Below are positions 9,602 through 18,256 of a DNA stretch of 64,000 nucleotides, piece by piece. The DNA is from Candidatus Hadarchaeota archaeon (lineage in GTDB: Archaea > CAYQAE01 > CAYVLA01). The stretch spans positions 63,690-127,689 of the forward strand of contig CAYVLA010000001.1 in NCBI GenBank assembly GCA_964452145.1, in the 5' to 3' direction. Position numbers and translations under genes: made by a program. Every line of letters starts with the position of its first letter. The stretch's first letter is position 1. Under the pieces are notes generated by a model. That model was not told where the DNA came from. It made no database searches and was given only the letters and a program-made list of their open reading frames with translations.

Positions 9602-10336
9602 CTACGGCTCATATGAAGGCTCGTCCCGCAGGGACGACTCCAGCGCCATGACAGTGTCGGTCTGCTCAGGGGATGTCTTGAAGGCAAGCCTGACGGCCCC
9701 TTCGAAGCCCGCAACCCCTCCTGAGCAAACATGGCTAGCCCGGACTCCCGCAAGAACCTCAAGAGCCTCGATCTCGGTGAAGACGTCGCCTTTGACAGGG
9801 TACATGGTGGCAAGCGAGGCGTCTCTTTCCTCAGGGGAATTGAGCAACGCGCAGCAGTCTTCAATCGGATAAGGGACACACTTCTCCAAGCCAATGGGTA
9901 TGAGAAGTCGAATCCTACTCCCCATGATCCTCGGGTAGGCCAACCCAATCGTTCCGCCGATTGGACTCGTCGAAAGCACTCCAACGGTTCTGCTCGGATA
10001 GTGGAGGGCATTGCCGCCCTTTATGAAGATGTCTCCGGATGACATCGAGGCAACGGCCTCATCAATCGCCATTCTGCTCGTCTTGCCGTCCACCAAAACG
10101 ATCTCGGGAATGTCCTCCCGCCGCCTGATCCCGGAAGGTGCGACGAGACCCCATGCAAACGGGTGATCACCCAACCTCCTGCCAAGGATCTCCTCCGCAA
10201 CGTAGCGATTGGTACTCCCCTTCGCTATGACTACCATGCCGTGCCTCATCCTATCGAGCAAAGGGGGCCATCTGGCTATCCCCTTGCCGATCAGCCTCTT
10301 GGATTGTGACACGCTGAGGACCATCTGATGGAGCAA
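9602..10336 (-). CDS. Conserved hypothetical alpha/beta protein (possibly NagB/RpiA/CoA-transferase-like fold)
   Basis: SKRLIGKG, GSTNRYVAEE, DIFIKGGNA, GGTIG, PIGLEK and GGVAGFEGA motifs. Confidence 0.7.
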   Translation of the reverse strand: MLHQMVLSVSQSKRLIGKGIARWPPLLDRMRHGMVVIAKGSTNRYVAEEILGRRLGDHPFAWGLVAPSGIRRREDIPEIVLVDGKTSRMAIDEAVASMSSGDIFIKGGNALHYPSRTVGVLSTSPIGGTIGLAYPRIMGSRIRLLIPIGLEKCVPYPIEDCCALLNSPEERDASLATMYPVKGDVFTEIEALEVLAGVRASHVCSGGVAGFEGAVRLAFKTSPEQTDTVMALESSLRDEPSYEP

Positions 10337-10357
10337 TGGCCCGCACCCAGGGTGAAA

Positions 10358-11266
10358 CTATATACCCATTCTCCTCGGGCCGGCCTGGCTTGCCGACCTT
10401 CGTTTCGCGAGAAACCTGAGAACTCCGATACAGGCAAGCAGGGCGATGAAGCCGAACGTTACACCAGAAAGAAGATAGGACACGATGAGGCCGGCAAGAA
10501 CCGATCTGTCACCGTACGCCATATCTCTGACAAAGTACGTACCAATCATGGCCCTCGACGCGATCTTTGACACTGCTGAATGGCGGTCCCCGATGGAATC
10601 GATCAGGCCCAGCTCCAATGCCTCCTGGCCCGAGTACGCAGACCCGTTGGCGATCTCCTGCAGCCTCTCCATGGTCAGGTTGGGTCTGCCCCGGGCTATG
10701 TCTGCCACCAAGATCTCGTAGGTCTTGTTCAGCTCACGGCTTATGGTCTCGTTCTCCTCTGCCGTAGGAGGCCTCCAAGGCTCGTAGAGGTCCTTGGCCG
10801 GCCCGGTTTTCCAGACCCAGAACTTTATGCCCTCCTTCTTCATCCACTCGCTGTAGTCCACCCACACGGATATGACTCCCAAGGCACCGGTGATCGTGTT
10901 GGCATGAGCCATGATCTCATCAGCAGCCGACGCAACATAGTACCCCCCGGATGCCGCAATCTCGCCCATGATGGCGATGTTCGGCTTGCTTGTGCTCTCC
11001 AAGTATCTTCGAATCTCCATACAGGCGAAGGCCGCCCCGCCCGGGCTATTCACGTATATGATCAGTGCCTTGATCCGGGGATCTTCGTCTGCAGTGATCA
11101 TCTGATCTGTGATCTCCTGAAAGGAGTAGATCGGTCCGACGATCTGCACCAGCCCAAGTTGGTTGTTGAATCGGAGATTCACGACCGCCGCGCCGATCGC
11201 CAAGTAGGCAAGTGCTGCGACTAAGGTAAACAGCGCAATGGGGGAGGCCCTGCCAATGCAGTTCAT
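10358..11266 (-). CDS. sppA: Signal peptide peptidase SppA (S49)
   Basis: NSPGG, AASGGYY (catalytic Ser), TGALGV, KTGPAKD, GLID; TM helices at both ends. Confidence 0.88.
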   Translation of the reverse strand: MNCIGRASPIALFTLVAALAYLAIGAAVVNLRFNNQLGLVQIVGPIYSFQEITDQMITADEDPRIKALIIYVNSPGGAAFACMEIRRYLESTSKPNIAIMGEIAASGGYYVASAADEIMAHANTITGALGVISVWVDYSEWMKKEGIKFWVWKTGPAKDLYEPWRPPTAEENETISRELNKTYEILVADIARGRPNLTMERLQEIANGSAYSGQEALELGLIDSIGDRHSAVSKIASRAMIGTYFVRDMAYGDRSVLAGLIVSYLLSGVTFGFIALLACIGVLRFLAKRRSASQAGPRRMGI

Positions 11267-11504
11267 TCGATCGAGACCATAAGCTGTTGCTCTGTTTAAT
11301 AGCTTTCCTCGCCACAAGAGCGACCGATCGGATGAGGACTTCCCCTGCTTTGACCATCTGCATGAACACGGGCCTCAGCGAGTCCGATGTGCGATCACCG
11401 TCCCGGGGAGCATCGATGGGTAACATTTAAACGAACACCGGAAACATAGATCAGACTCCACCCGGTCACCCTCTCTCCGTCCCCTTTTGGGAGGTCTGAA
11501 GCAA

Positions 11505-12152
11505 ATGGTCGATTATGAGACGCTCGGCAGGAAGGGCACAACGACAGTCGGTTTGGTTTGCGATGATTGCGTGATACTGGCTGCAGACAGCCGCGCAACA
11601 GCTGGCACCCTGGTCGCCAGCAAGCGGGCCCAGAAGATATTCGAGATCGAGCCCCACATCGGCCTGACAACGGCCGGGGCAGTGGGCGACACGCAGGCAC
11701 TGGTTTCGCTCCTGAGAGCCGAAGCACGCCTTTATCGGATGCGCAGCAAAGCTCGGATCAGCGTTCGCGGCTTGGCCACGCTTACGGCAAACATCGTTCA
11801 TGGTCAGAGGTACTTCCCCTACCTAGTCCAGCTGCTGCTCGGAGGCCATGACATATCCGGTCCGAGTCTTTACGTTGTCGACCTTTGGGGTGGGCTATCG
11901 GAGGAGAAGATCACCTCCTCGGGCTCCGGTTCGCCCGTCGCCTACGGCGTTCTGGAGCGCGGGTACAGACTGGATATGTCTCTGGATGAAGGGATGGAGC
12001 TGGCGCTGGCCAGCGTGCGGATGGCTATCGAGCGAGATGCAGCCACAGGCAACGTGGTCCAGGCTGCTGTGATCGGCAGAGACGGCTTCCGGTTTGTCGA
12101 AGGCAAAGTCGTGGAGGAGGTTCTGGGCAGGATACCTGTCCAGCCCTATTGA
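11505..12152 (+). CDS. psmB: Proteasome beta subunit
   Basis: Short propeptide then G/TTTVG, AADSRAT, KIFEI, GSGSPVAYG and RDAATG. GGAGGT RBS. Confidence 0.95.
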   Translation: MVDYETLGRKGTTTVGLVCDDCVILAADSRATAGTLVASKRAQKIFEIEPHIGLTTAGAVGDTQALVSLLRAEARLYRMRSKARISVRGLATLTANIVHGQRYFPYLVQLLLGGHDISGPSLYVVDLWGGLSEEKITSSGSGSPVAYGVLERGYRLDMSLDEGMELALASVRMAIERDAATGNVVQAAVIGRDGFRFVEGKVVEEVLGRIPVQPY

Positions 12153-12161
12153 GGTGGTATT

Positions 12162-12884
12162 GTGGCTTTTATGCCTGAGGGTGCGATGGGTTACGATAGG
12201 GCTATCACGGTTTTCAGCCCTGATGGCAAGTTGTATCAGGTTGAGTACGCTGAGAGGGCCATTGAGAAGGGTGCTACAGCTGTAGGCTTGAAGTGTTCTG
12301 AGGGCATCGTGCTGCTGGTTGAGAAGCGTTTCGCTTCTCCTCTGATTGAGCCCAGGTCGTACGAGAAGATCTTCAAGATCGACGATCATCTGGGTGCGGC
12401 TACCTCTGGTCTGATCGGCGATGCCAGGGTTCTGGTTGACAGGGCCAGGCTGGATTGCCAGATCTATCGTCTCACCTATGGCGAGCCCATCGGCGTGGAG
12501 GAGCTGGCCAAGAAGATCGGAGACTTCAAGCAGATGTACACGCAGTACGGCGGTATCCGGCCGTTCGGAGCCTCGCTGCTCATCGCCGGGGTCGATGAGG
12601 TCGGCCCCCAGATCTATGTGACCCATCCCAGCGGTGCTCTCTATGAGTTCAAGGCCAAGGCCATAGGTCAGAACAACAAGACGATCAATGACTTCTTCGA
12701 GAAGAAGTACTCCTCTGTGCGTTCCTTGGATGACTGCATCTCGCTGTCCCTTGAGGCCTTGGGGACGACCATCGAGGGCGGCGTAACCAGGGAAAACGTG
12801 GAGATGGCCCTCATCCGGAGCGACACCCACATGTTCGAAAAGGTACCGGACGAGGTCATCGAGAAGCACGTATCTAGGAAGTAG
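12162..12884 (+). CDS. psmA: Proteasome alpha subunit
   Basis: GYDRAITVFSPDGKLYQVEYA signature and RPFGASLL. GAGGTGG RBS. Confidence 0.97.
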   Translation: MAFMPEGAMGYDRAITVFSPDGKLYQVEYAERAIEKGATAVGLKCSEGIVLLVEKRFASPLIEPRSYEKIFKIDDHLGAATSGLIGDARVLVDRARLDCQIYRLTYGEPIGVEELAKKIGDFKQMYTQYGGIRPFGASLLIAGVDEVGPQIYVTHPSGALYEFKAKAIGQNNKTINDFFEKKYSSVRSLDDCISLSLEALGTTIEGGVTRENVEMALIRSDTHMFEKVPDEVIEKHVSRK

Positions 12885-13419
12885 CTCTGCCTCCTCCATC
12901 GACCTCAACATGCTTGCCCCGGGCGGAAGGAACGATCTTCTTCCTCGCTCCATGGAACTGAAGGTTGAGTTCCCTTCCTGCATGGAGCCTGTCAAGGAAT
13001 ATTGCGAGGCTGCTCACCTCCGAGTGAGGCTGAGAAGTGACGGAGACGTTGAAGTCCGCGAGCTGGTAAACAAGCCTGGGCACTTTTCCCGCCCCGACCA
13101 CGATCAGGAGATCCTCACGGTCGTTCCGTTCCCTGACCTCCCCTATGACCTGTTCCACCGGTAGACCGTACATGGTTAGGTGGACTTTGATGCCTGTGAA
13201 AGCCTTCATAAACGCCTTCCAGTCCCTTTCGTAGACGACCTCGAACTCTCCCCCCCAATCTCGAGTGACCTTGTACAGGGAGGAAAGCATGCCTTCGTCT
13301 CGCTCGCCAGAAAGCACCAGCCGGTCGGCTCCGAGTGCGCGTGCTGTAAGACCCACATGGGTAGTGATCCTCGTATCCCTGGTTCTTCTATGTCCCAATC
13401 TAAGTACCTGTACCTTCAC
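12874..13419 (-). CDS. trm56: tRNA (cytidine(56)-2'-O)-methyltransferase (aTrm56)
   Basis: LRLGHR..RD.RITTHVGLTARALGA, VHLTMYG, VGAGKVP and QPHSEV motifs. Start 13419 or 13443. Confidence 0.93.
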   Translation of the reverse strand: MKVQVLRLGHRRTRDTRITTHVGLTARALGADRLVLSGERDEGMLSSLYKVTRDWGGEFEVVYERDWKAFMKAFTGIKVHLTMYGLPVEQVIGEVRERNDREDLLIVVGAGKVPRLVYQLADFNVSVTSQPHSEVSSLAIFLDRLHAGRELNLQFHGARKKIVPSARGKHVEVDGGGRATS

Positions 13420-13506
13420 AGGGCAAAACCCGCTACCAGACACCTCTCATCGGCGAAATAAGCTCTATGATGCTTCATTTGGCGATTAAAAGGCCTATTG
13501 GCAACA

Positions 13507-13514
13507 TTTAAATA
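13507..13514. promoter_or_regulatory. TATA box in the trm56/tfe divergent promoter region
   Basis: TTTAAATA in an AT-rich intergenic gap. Confidence 0.55.
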
Positions 13515-13568
13515 TTTTTGACTCCATAACATAAGTGCCGTAGGACTTCTCTGCCGAGGGTTTGGGCC

Positions 13569-14072
13569 TTGGAGCTGGATCTAGGGGAATACATAAGGGC
13601 GAACATAAGCGAGGAAGCTCTGGTGGTTGCAGACACGATATGGTCGAGGGAGCTGACGGACGAAGAGATTTCCAAGATAACGGGTTTCCGGATTAATAAC
13701 GTGCGAAGTGCCCTGTACCGTCTCTACGACTGTCGGCTGGCATTCTACAGAAGGTCAAGGGACCCTAAGACTGGCTGGTTCGTCTACCATTGGAGAATGG
13801 ACTCCGATAGCCGATCCAAGGTCCTGTCGAACCAGAGACAGAAGGATCTGAGGGTCCTCAGATCGAGGCTCGAATACGAGGAACAAAACATCTTCTTCGT
13901 GTGCAAGGCCGGAAACTGCTCACGCTTCACCTTCGAGATAGCTGCCGACAACGGCTTCAAGTGCCCCAACTGCGGGTCCATGCTCGAGCATCACGACAAT
14001 TCGGGAATCGTCTCCAACCTCAGAGTGAGAATAACGAGACTTGAGTCGGGCTCGGATGGAGAAGTCGGATGA
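13569..14072 (+). CDS. tfe: Transcription factor E (TFE alpha)
   Basis: wHTH TDEEI..VRSALYRLY, RDPKTGWFVYHW, LEYE and a Zn ribbon FVC..C..FKCPNCG. Confidence 0.93.
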   Translation: MELDLGEYIRANISEEALVVADTIWSRELTDEEISKITGFRINNVRSALYRLYDCRLAFYRRSRDPKTGWFVYHWRMDSDSRSKVLSNQRQKDLRVLRSRLEYEEQNIFFVCKAGNCSRFTFEIAADNGFKCPNCGSMLEHHDNSGIVSNLRVRITRLESGSDGEVG

Positions 14073-14665
14073 TGTCCTCGCGGTCCATGGCCCTCGCCCT
14101 GATGCGCGAGATCGGGGCGAGCAGGTCGGTTATAACCCATTCCGATCGAGTGGAGAAGGTCGCCAACTCCATAGCGGAGAGGATGACGGCCAACGGAGTG
14201 AAAGTGGATGCGGACATGGTCAGGCTGGGGGCATTGCTTCACGACATCGGCAGAAGCAGGTCCCATGGCCTGGATCACGGCATCGTCGGCGGGCGCATTA
14301 TACGGGAGCATCCGGCGCTCGACTTCCTTGATCGGGAGAGCAGGGAAGCCCTTGCAAGAATCTGCGAAAGGCATATCGGTGCCGGCATCCCATCTGACGA
14401 GGCGGTCAGACATGGTCTGCCCGAGGGGGACTTCAGCCCCCACACGCTGGAGGAGAAGATAGTCGCCCACGCCGATAACATGGTCTGGGACAAGATCCTC
14501 ACCCCCGAGCAAAGCAGGAGGGCGTTTGAGGAGGAATTCGGCAGGGATAGCCCCATAGTGCGTCGAATAGTAGACTTGGCCCACGAGGTGGAGGGGCTGG
14601 CAGGGAGTCACGTTGAGACAGATCACCGTATTGGAGAAGATCTACAGAAACGTTCGAGATGCTAG
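14069..14665 (+). CDS. HDIG domain protein (TIGR00295-like)
   Basis: H..V, LLHDIG, HG..G, ERHIGAGI and EEKIVAHADN motifs. Typical tfe neighbour. Confidence 0.9.
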   Translation: MMSSRSMALALMREIGASRSVITHSDRVEKVANSIAERMTANGVKVDADMVRLGALLHDIGRSRSHGLDHGIVGGRIIREHPALDFLDRESREALARICERHIGAGIPSDEAVRHGLPEGDFSPHTLEEKIVAHADNMVWDKILTPEQSRRAFEEEFGRDSPIVRRIVDLAHEVEGLAGSHVETDHRIGEDLQKRSRC

Positions 14666-15344
14666 GGTGAGCCTGGCAGAGATGCTTGAGGAAATCCTCG
14701 AGTTGGACGTTCGAGTGGTCTCCGTAGTCAGGGGAAAACGCGAATGGGCAGAGATCGTACTGGAGGGTCCAGACGAAGAGGTTGCGGCGAAGTACCTGGA
14801 ATCCCGTCTCGGGACGACCAGCACGATGGATGGCGTCGGTGAGGCATCCATACGAAGGGGCAAGATCGTTGACCTGGGAAAGGTCGGGTACGGCGTCTAC
14901 GTCGATCTGGGCATCTTCGATCAGAATGGTTCTCCGGTTGACGCACTTCTCCCTGCCTTCTCCTTGAAGAAGCATCTGGGCATCAGGGGTCCGATGTCCG
15001 TGAGGCACCTTTCCAGAAGGCTTGGACTGATGGATTACCTTCCTTTGAACGTGGGAGTGGTCGCCGTGGACCGGGCCAAGCACGAGATACAGATCAGGCT
15101 CACCAATTCCCAGGCGCGCCACCTGAGCAGCAGGACAAGCAGGTTCTATGCTTGCGGGGAAACCAGGAGAAAGATTAAAAATGCGCTTCAGAGAACGGGT
15201 AACTCGAGCAAGGTCGTGAGGGTCAAGCGCCTTGGCCTCTTGGAGTGTGAGGTTCAGTGCTCGAAAGATGCAGATCCTCACGAGATACTGCGAGCGATCG
15301 GTCCCATGATTAACGCCCAGGTGACCGTTCCCCGGGGCCTGTAG
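14613..15344 (+). CDS. DUF2110 family protein
   Basis: GPDEEVAAKYL, S1-like GKVGYGVYVDLG, and RLGLLE motifs. Usual tfe-cluster context. Confidence 0.8.
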   Translation: MRQITVLEKIYRNVRDARVSLAEMLEEILELDVRVVSVVRGKREWAEIVLEGPDEEVAAKYLESRLGTTSTMDGVGEASIRRGKIVDLGKVGYGVYVDLGIFDQNGSPVDALLPAFSLKKHLGIRGPMSVRHLSRRLGLMDYLPLNVGVVAVDRAKHEIQIRLTNSQARHLSSRTSRFYACGETRRKIKNALQRTGNSSKVVRVKRLGLLECEVQCSKDADPHEILRAIGPMINAQVTVPRGL

Positions 15345-15424
15345 TGTAGCTTGGATTCCGTAAGGACAGATAAGCACAGCACCCTGCGGAGGTGCATACT
15401 CGGGTTCAAATCCCGACAGGCCCA
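15335..15424 (+). tRNA. tRNA-Arg(GCG) with a ~15-17 nt insertion (intron) in the D-loop
   Basis: Acceptor GGGCCTG/CAGGCCC-A; D stem GTGT/GCAC; anticodon stem GCACC/GGTGC with loop CT-GCG-GA (GCG at 15386-15388); T arm TCGGG-TTCAAAT-CCCGA; oversized D-loop holding a TCC-GTAA-GGA hairpin. No encoded CCA. Confidence 0.9.
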
Positions 15425-15594
15425 CACCCTTCCGTTGACAAGATCATAGCGTGCTGCCCTGTCGCCGAGCCATGGTCGGTCCGAAGGCCGAGCGACTCGT
15501 AACCCCGTGCTCATACGCAGCCGAAGGCAGCCAAATGCGCCTGCTTCGAGCAGAGGTGATTTGGCGCAAGACCGGGGTCAAGACGGGTGCCTGG

Positions 15595-16239
15595 TCACTT
15601 GAAGACCTGACCCGTCCTGCAACTCCACATCACCAGATCGAGGGCATCGGATGGGATGTTCAGTCGATTGGCATACGAAAGGAATTCCTGTTCGATCTGC
15701 AGGTACGTCTTGCGGCTGAGGGTAGTCGGTATCTCTGGGATCACTCCGGCGTCGGCAAGCGTCCTAAGGACGTGCCTGTCCAGAATCGCAAGCCCTTCGT
15801 AGCCGATGTTCCTCAGGAAATGGCTTGCCTCCTTGTAGCCCAGTCCCTTGATGCTCGTAACGACCTTCTCTCTTGCCTTTCCTGCATCATCGGACAGAAG
15901 CTCGGCAAGGATGAGAACGGGTTTCTCGGCCATGAATTTGCTCCTCGCCTCCACGATATATCTTGACTTGTTGTCGGCATAAAGAATGCCGCATCCTGAG
16001 ATGATCTGGGCCAGCAGTTCCCTCGGGGCTTCGTAAAGAGCATTGGTGCGAACCATGTGGCTGATTGCTCGATCTGCTGCAAGGGCCGAGCTCTGCGGCG
16101 TGAGTAGGCAGAAACAGAGCTCCTCGAACACCCGCTTGGTTCCCATCCCTCGGATTCTCTCGAATTCGCGGAGGCGGGACTTGATCTCCTCGCGCTTCCT
16201 GTCCCACCACTGGATGAGAAGTGCATCGACCTGACTCAT
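15595..16239 (-). CDS. ogg: 8-oxoguanine DNA glycosylase/AP lyase (archaeal Ogg2 type)
   Basis: ELCFCLLTPQS, HhH IKGLGYKEASHFLRN, ILDRHVL and C-terminal Lys (GQVFK). Confidence 0.92.
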   Translation of the reverse strand: MSQVDALLIQWWDRKREEIKSRLREFERIRGMGTKRVFEELCFCLLTPQSSALAADRAISHMVRTNALYEAPRELLAQIISGCGILYADNKSRYIVEARSKFMAEKPVLILAELLSDDAGKAREKVVTSIKGLGYKEASHFLRNIGYEGLAILDRHVLRTLADAGVIPEIPTTLSRKTYLQIEQEFLSYANRLNIPSDALDLVMWSCRTGQVFK

Positions 16240-16246
16240 GGATACA

Positions 16247-16846
16247 TCACGTGAACATGTGCTTCGGCAAGTGGGACACGTCATTGCCTCTGTAGAGCTT
16301 TGCTCTGCCTGGTCCCAGATGGAGGATCGATATGCAGCAGTTGTGCTGGCTGAAACGTGTGTATCCGCAGGGGGGTGCCCCAAGAAAGGTGCTCATGAGG
16401 ACCGCACCGAAGGTTCCATGGCCGACGGCTCCGATCCGGCGATCGGTCTCGTCACCAAGAGACCTCAACCTCTCGGAAAGCCGGGCCGCCCTCCGGTATA
16501 GGGTCTGCTCGTCCTCCTGTGCTGGCCACCATCTCTCCGGGATGTCAATGACCAAATGCGGGAAGCGGCGAGCGAGGATCGAAGCCGGAGTCGCTTCAGA
16601 TCCGTCCCAAGCCTCCACCAGGTCGGCCCATACCAAGGGTTTCAGCCCGATCTTCCCGCCGACTATCTCGGCCGTTTCCAGGGCCCGCAGGAGCGGGCTG
16701 GAAAGGAGCATTTCGATCCCTTCATCGCGCAACCGTTCCCCAGCCAGCTCGGCTTGGAGCCGCCCCATATCGGAGAGCTGGGGGTCTGATGCAGCGGCTG
16801 GACCCTGCCTTTGCGATTGGCCATGCCTAATCAGGTAAACGATCAA
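16247..16846 (-). CDS. Histidine phosphatase (phosphoglycerate mutase-like) family protein
   Basis: LIRHGQS, LS..GRLQA, SSPLLRALETA, VGHG and HNCC motifs. TTG start at 16846. Confidence 0.88.
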   Translation of the reverse strand: MIVYLIRHGQSQRQGPAAASDPQLSDMGRLQAELAGERLRDEGIEMLLSSPLLRALETAEIVGGKIGLKPLVWADLVEAWDGSEATPASILARRFPHLVIDIPERWWPAQEDEQTLYRRAARLSERLRSLGDETDRRIGAVGHGTFGAVLMSTFLGAPPCGYTRFSQHNCCISILHLGPGRAKLYRGNDVSHLPKHMFT

Positions 16847-16987
16847 GAGAGATCTGGTCTGCCTGGCCCAAGCGTTTTCCTGATAAATGTGTCGAGGCGT
16901 CCTCTTGGGGTCCGGACCGCAAGCCCACCGTCGGCGAACGGAGACAGATAAAAGCCTCATGAGCTCCGGCCGAAAGGAGTTGTCCTC

Positions 16988-18256
16988 ATGAAACCCAGGC
17001 TAGGTGATCCTGCAATCATCGTAAGGAGACACGAATCTTGGAGAGCTGGGTGCATCAACCTGATACCATCGGAGAACGTCATGAGCGACGCTGCCAGGGG
17101 CCTCCTTGCATGCGACATGGGGCATAGGTACTCCCTGCCGCGAATCAAAGAGATGGATGACAGGCCCGTCGAGAACGCCTATCGCGGAACGAGGTACCTT
17201 GACGAGGTTGAATCGCTTGCCATCGATCTGGCTTGCAGGGTGTTCCGGTGCAAACATGCCTGTGTGAGGCCTATATCTGGCCACATATCGGCGCTCATTG
17301 CGTTGAGTTCCGTCTGTTCAAGGGGAGATTCCATCATGGCCGTGGAGTTCTCGGACGGGGGTTATCCGGGATATGCCGGGAACGAAATGGCCGGGATGCT
17401 GGGCCTTGATGCGCATGGCCTGCCCTTTGACGATAAGGCGTGCGACCTGGCCTACGACGCCGCTTCCGAGGAGATAGTACGGTGCCGTCCCCGCGCGGTG
17501 GTCCTTGGCGCCTCCAAAATGCTCTTTCCTCCTGACGTGAAGAGAATGCGGGAAGCCTGCGATGAGACTGACTCAAAGCTGATCTACGATGCATCTCATG
17601 TGCTGGGTCTCTTGGCTGGCGGTCGCTTCGGCCGGCCGCTGAGGGAAGGTGCTGACATGGTTTTCGGTAGCACTCACAAGACCTTCTTCGGTCCTCAGGG
17701 AGGCATCATGCTCACCGATGATCTCGACATGTTCTCGCATATCGAGCGCAACCTCCACTGGAAAACGATCGACAATGCCCACTGGAATAGGATCGCCGCC
17801 TTGGCCCAAGCGCTTCTGGAGATGAGGCGATTTGGCGAGGCTTACGCCGAGATGATCGTCCAGAATGCGAAGCGTCTGGCCCGGGCCCTCGACGAAGGTG
17901 GCCTGCCGGTACAGTGCAGGGAAAAGGACTACACGGAGTCCCATCAGGTGGGCCTGAATGGCCCGGAGGTGGCTCGGAGTCTGGGCAGCGGAAGTTTCCA
18001 GGAGATCGCCAAGAGACTGGAGGAGGCTGACATCATAATCGACTGCGTGGGCCGGCTCGGCACCCCGGAGGTAACTCGTCTGGGAATGGTGGGCGAAGAG
18101 ATGGAAGAGATAGCGGATCTGATAATCCGTGCCCTTGCACAGAGGGAGAGCCTGCGACGTATCAGAACGGAGGTTCACCTCCTGCGATCCAGATTCCCGC
18201 GGCCCAAGTTCTGTTTCGAGCCAAAAAGGACTAGATTGCGCAGCGGATCAGGCTAG
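16988..18256 (+). CDS. glyA: Serine hydroxymethyltransferase (archaeal type)
   Basis: NLIPSENVMS, YRGTRY, YDASHVLGL, STHKTFFGPQGG (PLP Lys) and RLGTPEVTRLG motifs. Confidence 0.93.
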   Translation: MKPRLGDPAIIVRRHESWRAGCINLIPSENVMSDAARGLLACDMGHRYSLPRIKEMDDRPVENAYRGTRYLDEVESLAIDLACRVFRCKHACVRPISGHISALIALSSVCSRGDSIMAVEFSDGGYPGYAGNEMAGMLGLDAHGLPFDDKACDLAYDAASEEIVRCRPRAVVLGASKMLFPPDVKRMREACDETDSKLIYDASHVLGLLAGGRFGRPLREGADMVFGSTHKTFFGPQGGIMLTDDLDMFSHIERNLHWKTIDNAHWNRIAALAQALLEMRRFGEAYAEMIVQNAKRLARALDEGGLPVQCREKDYTESHQVGLNGPEVARSLGSGSFQEIAKRLEEADIIIDCVGRLGTPEVTRLGMVGEEMEEIADLIIRALAQRESLRRIRTEVHLLRSRFPRPKFCFEPKRTRLRSGSG

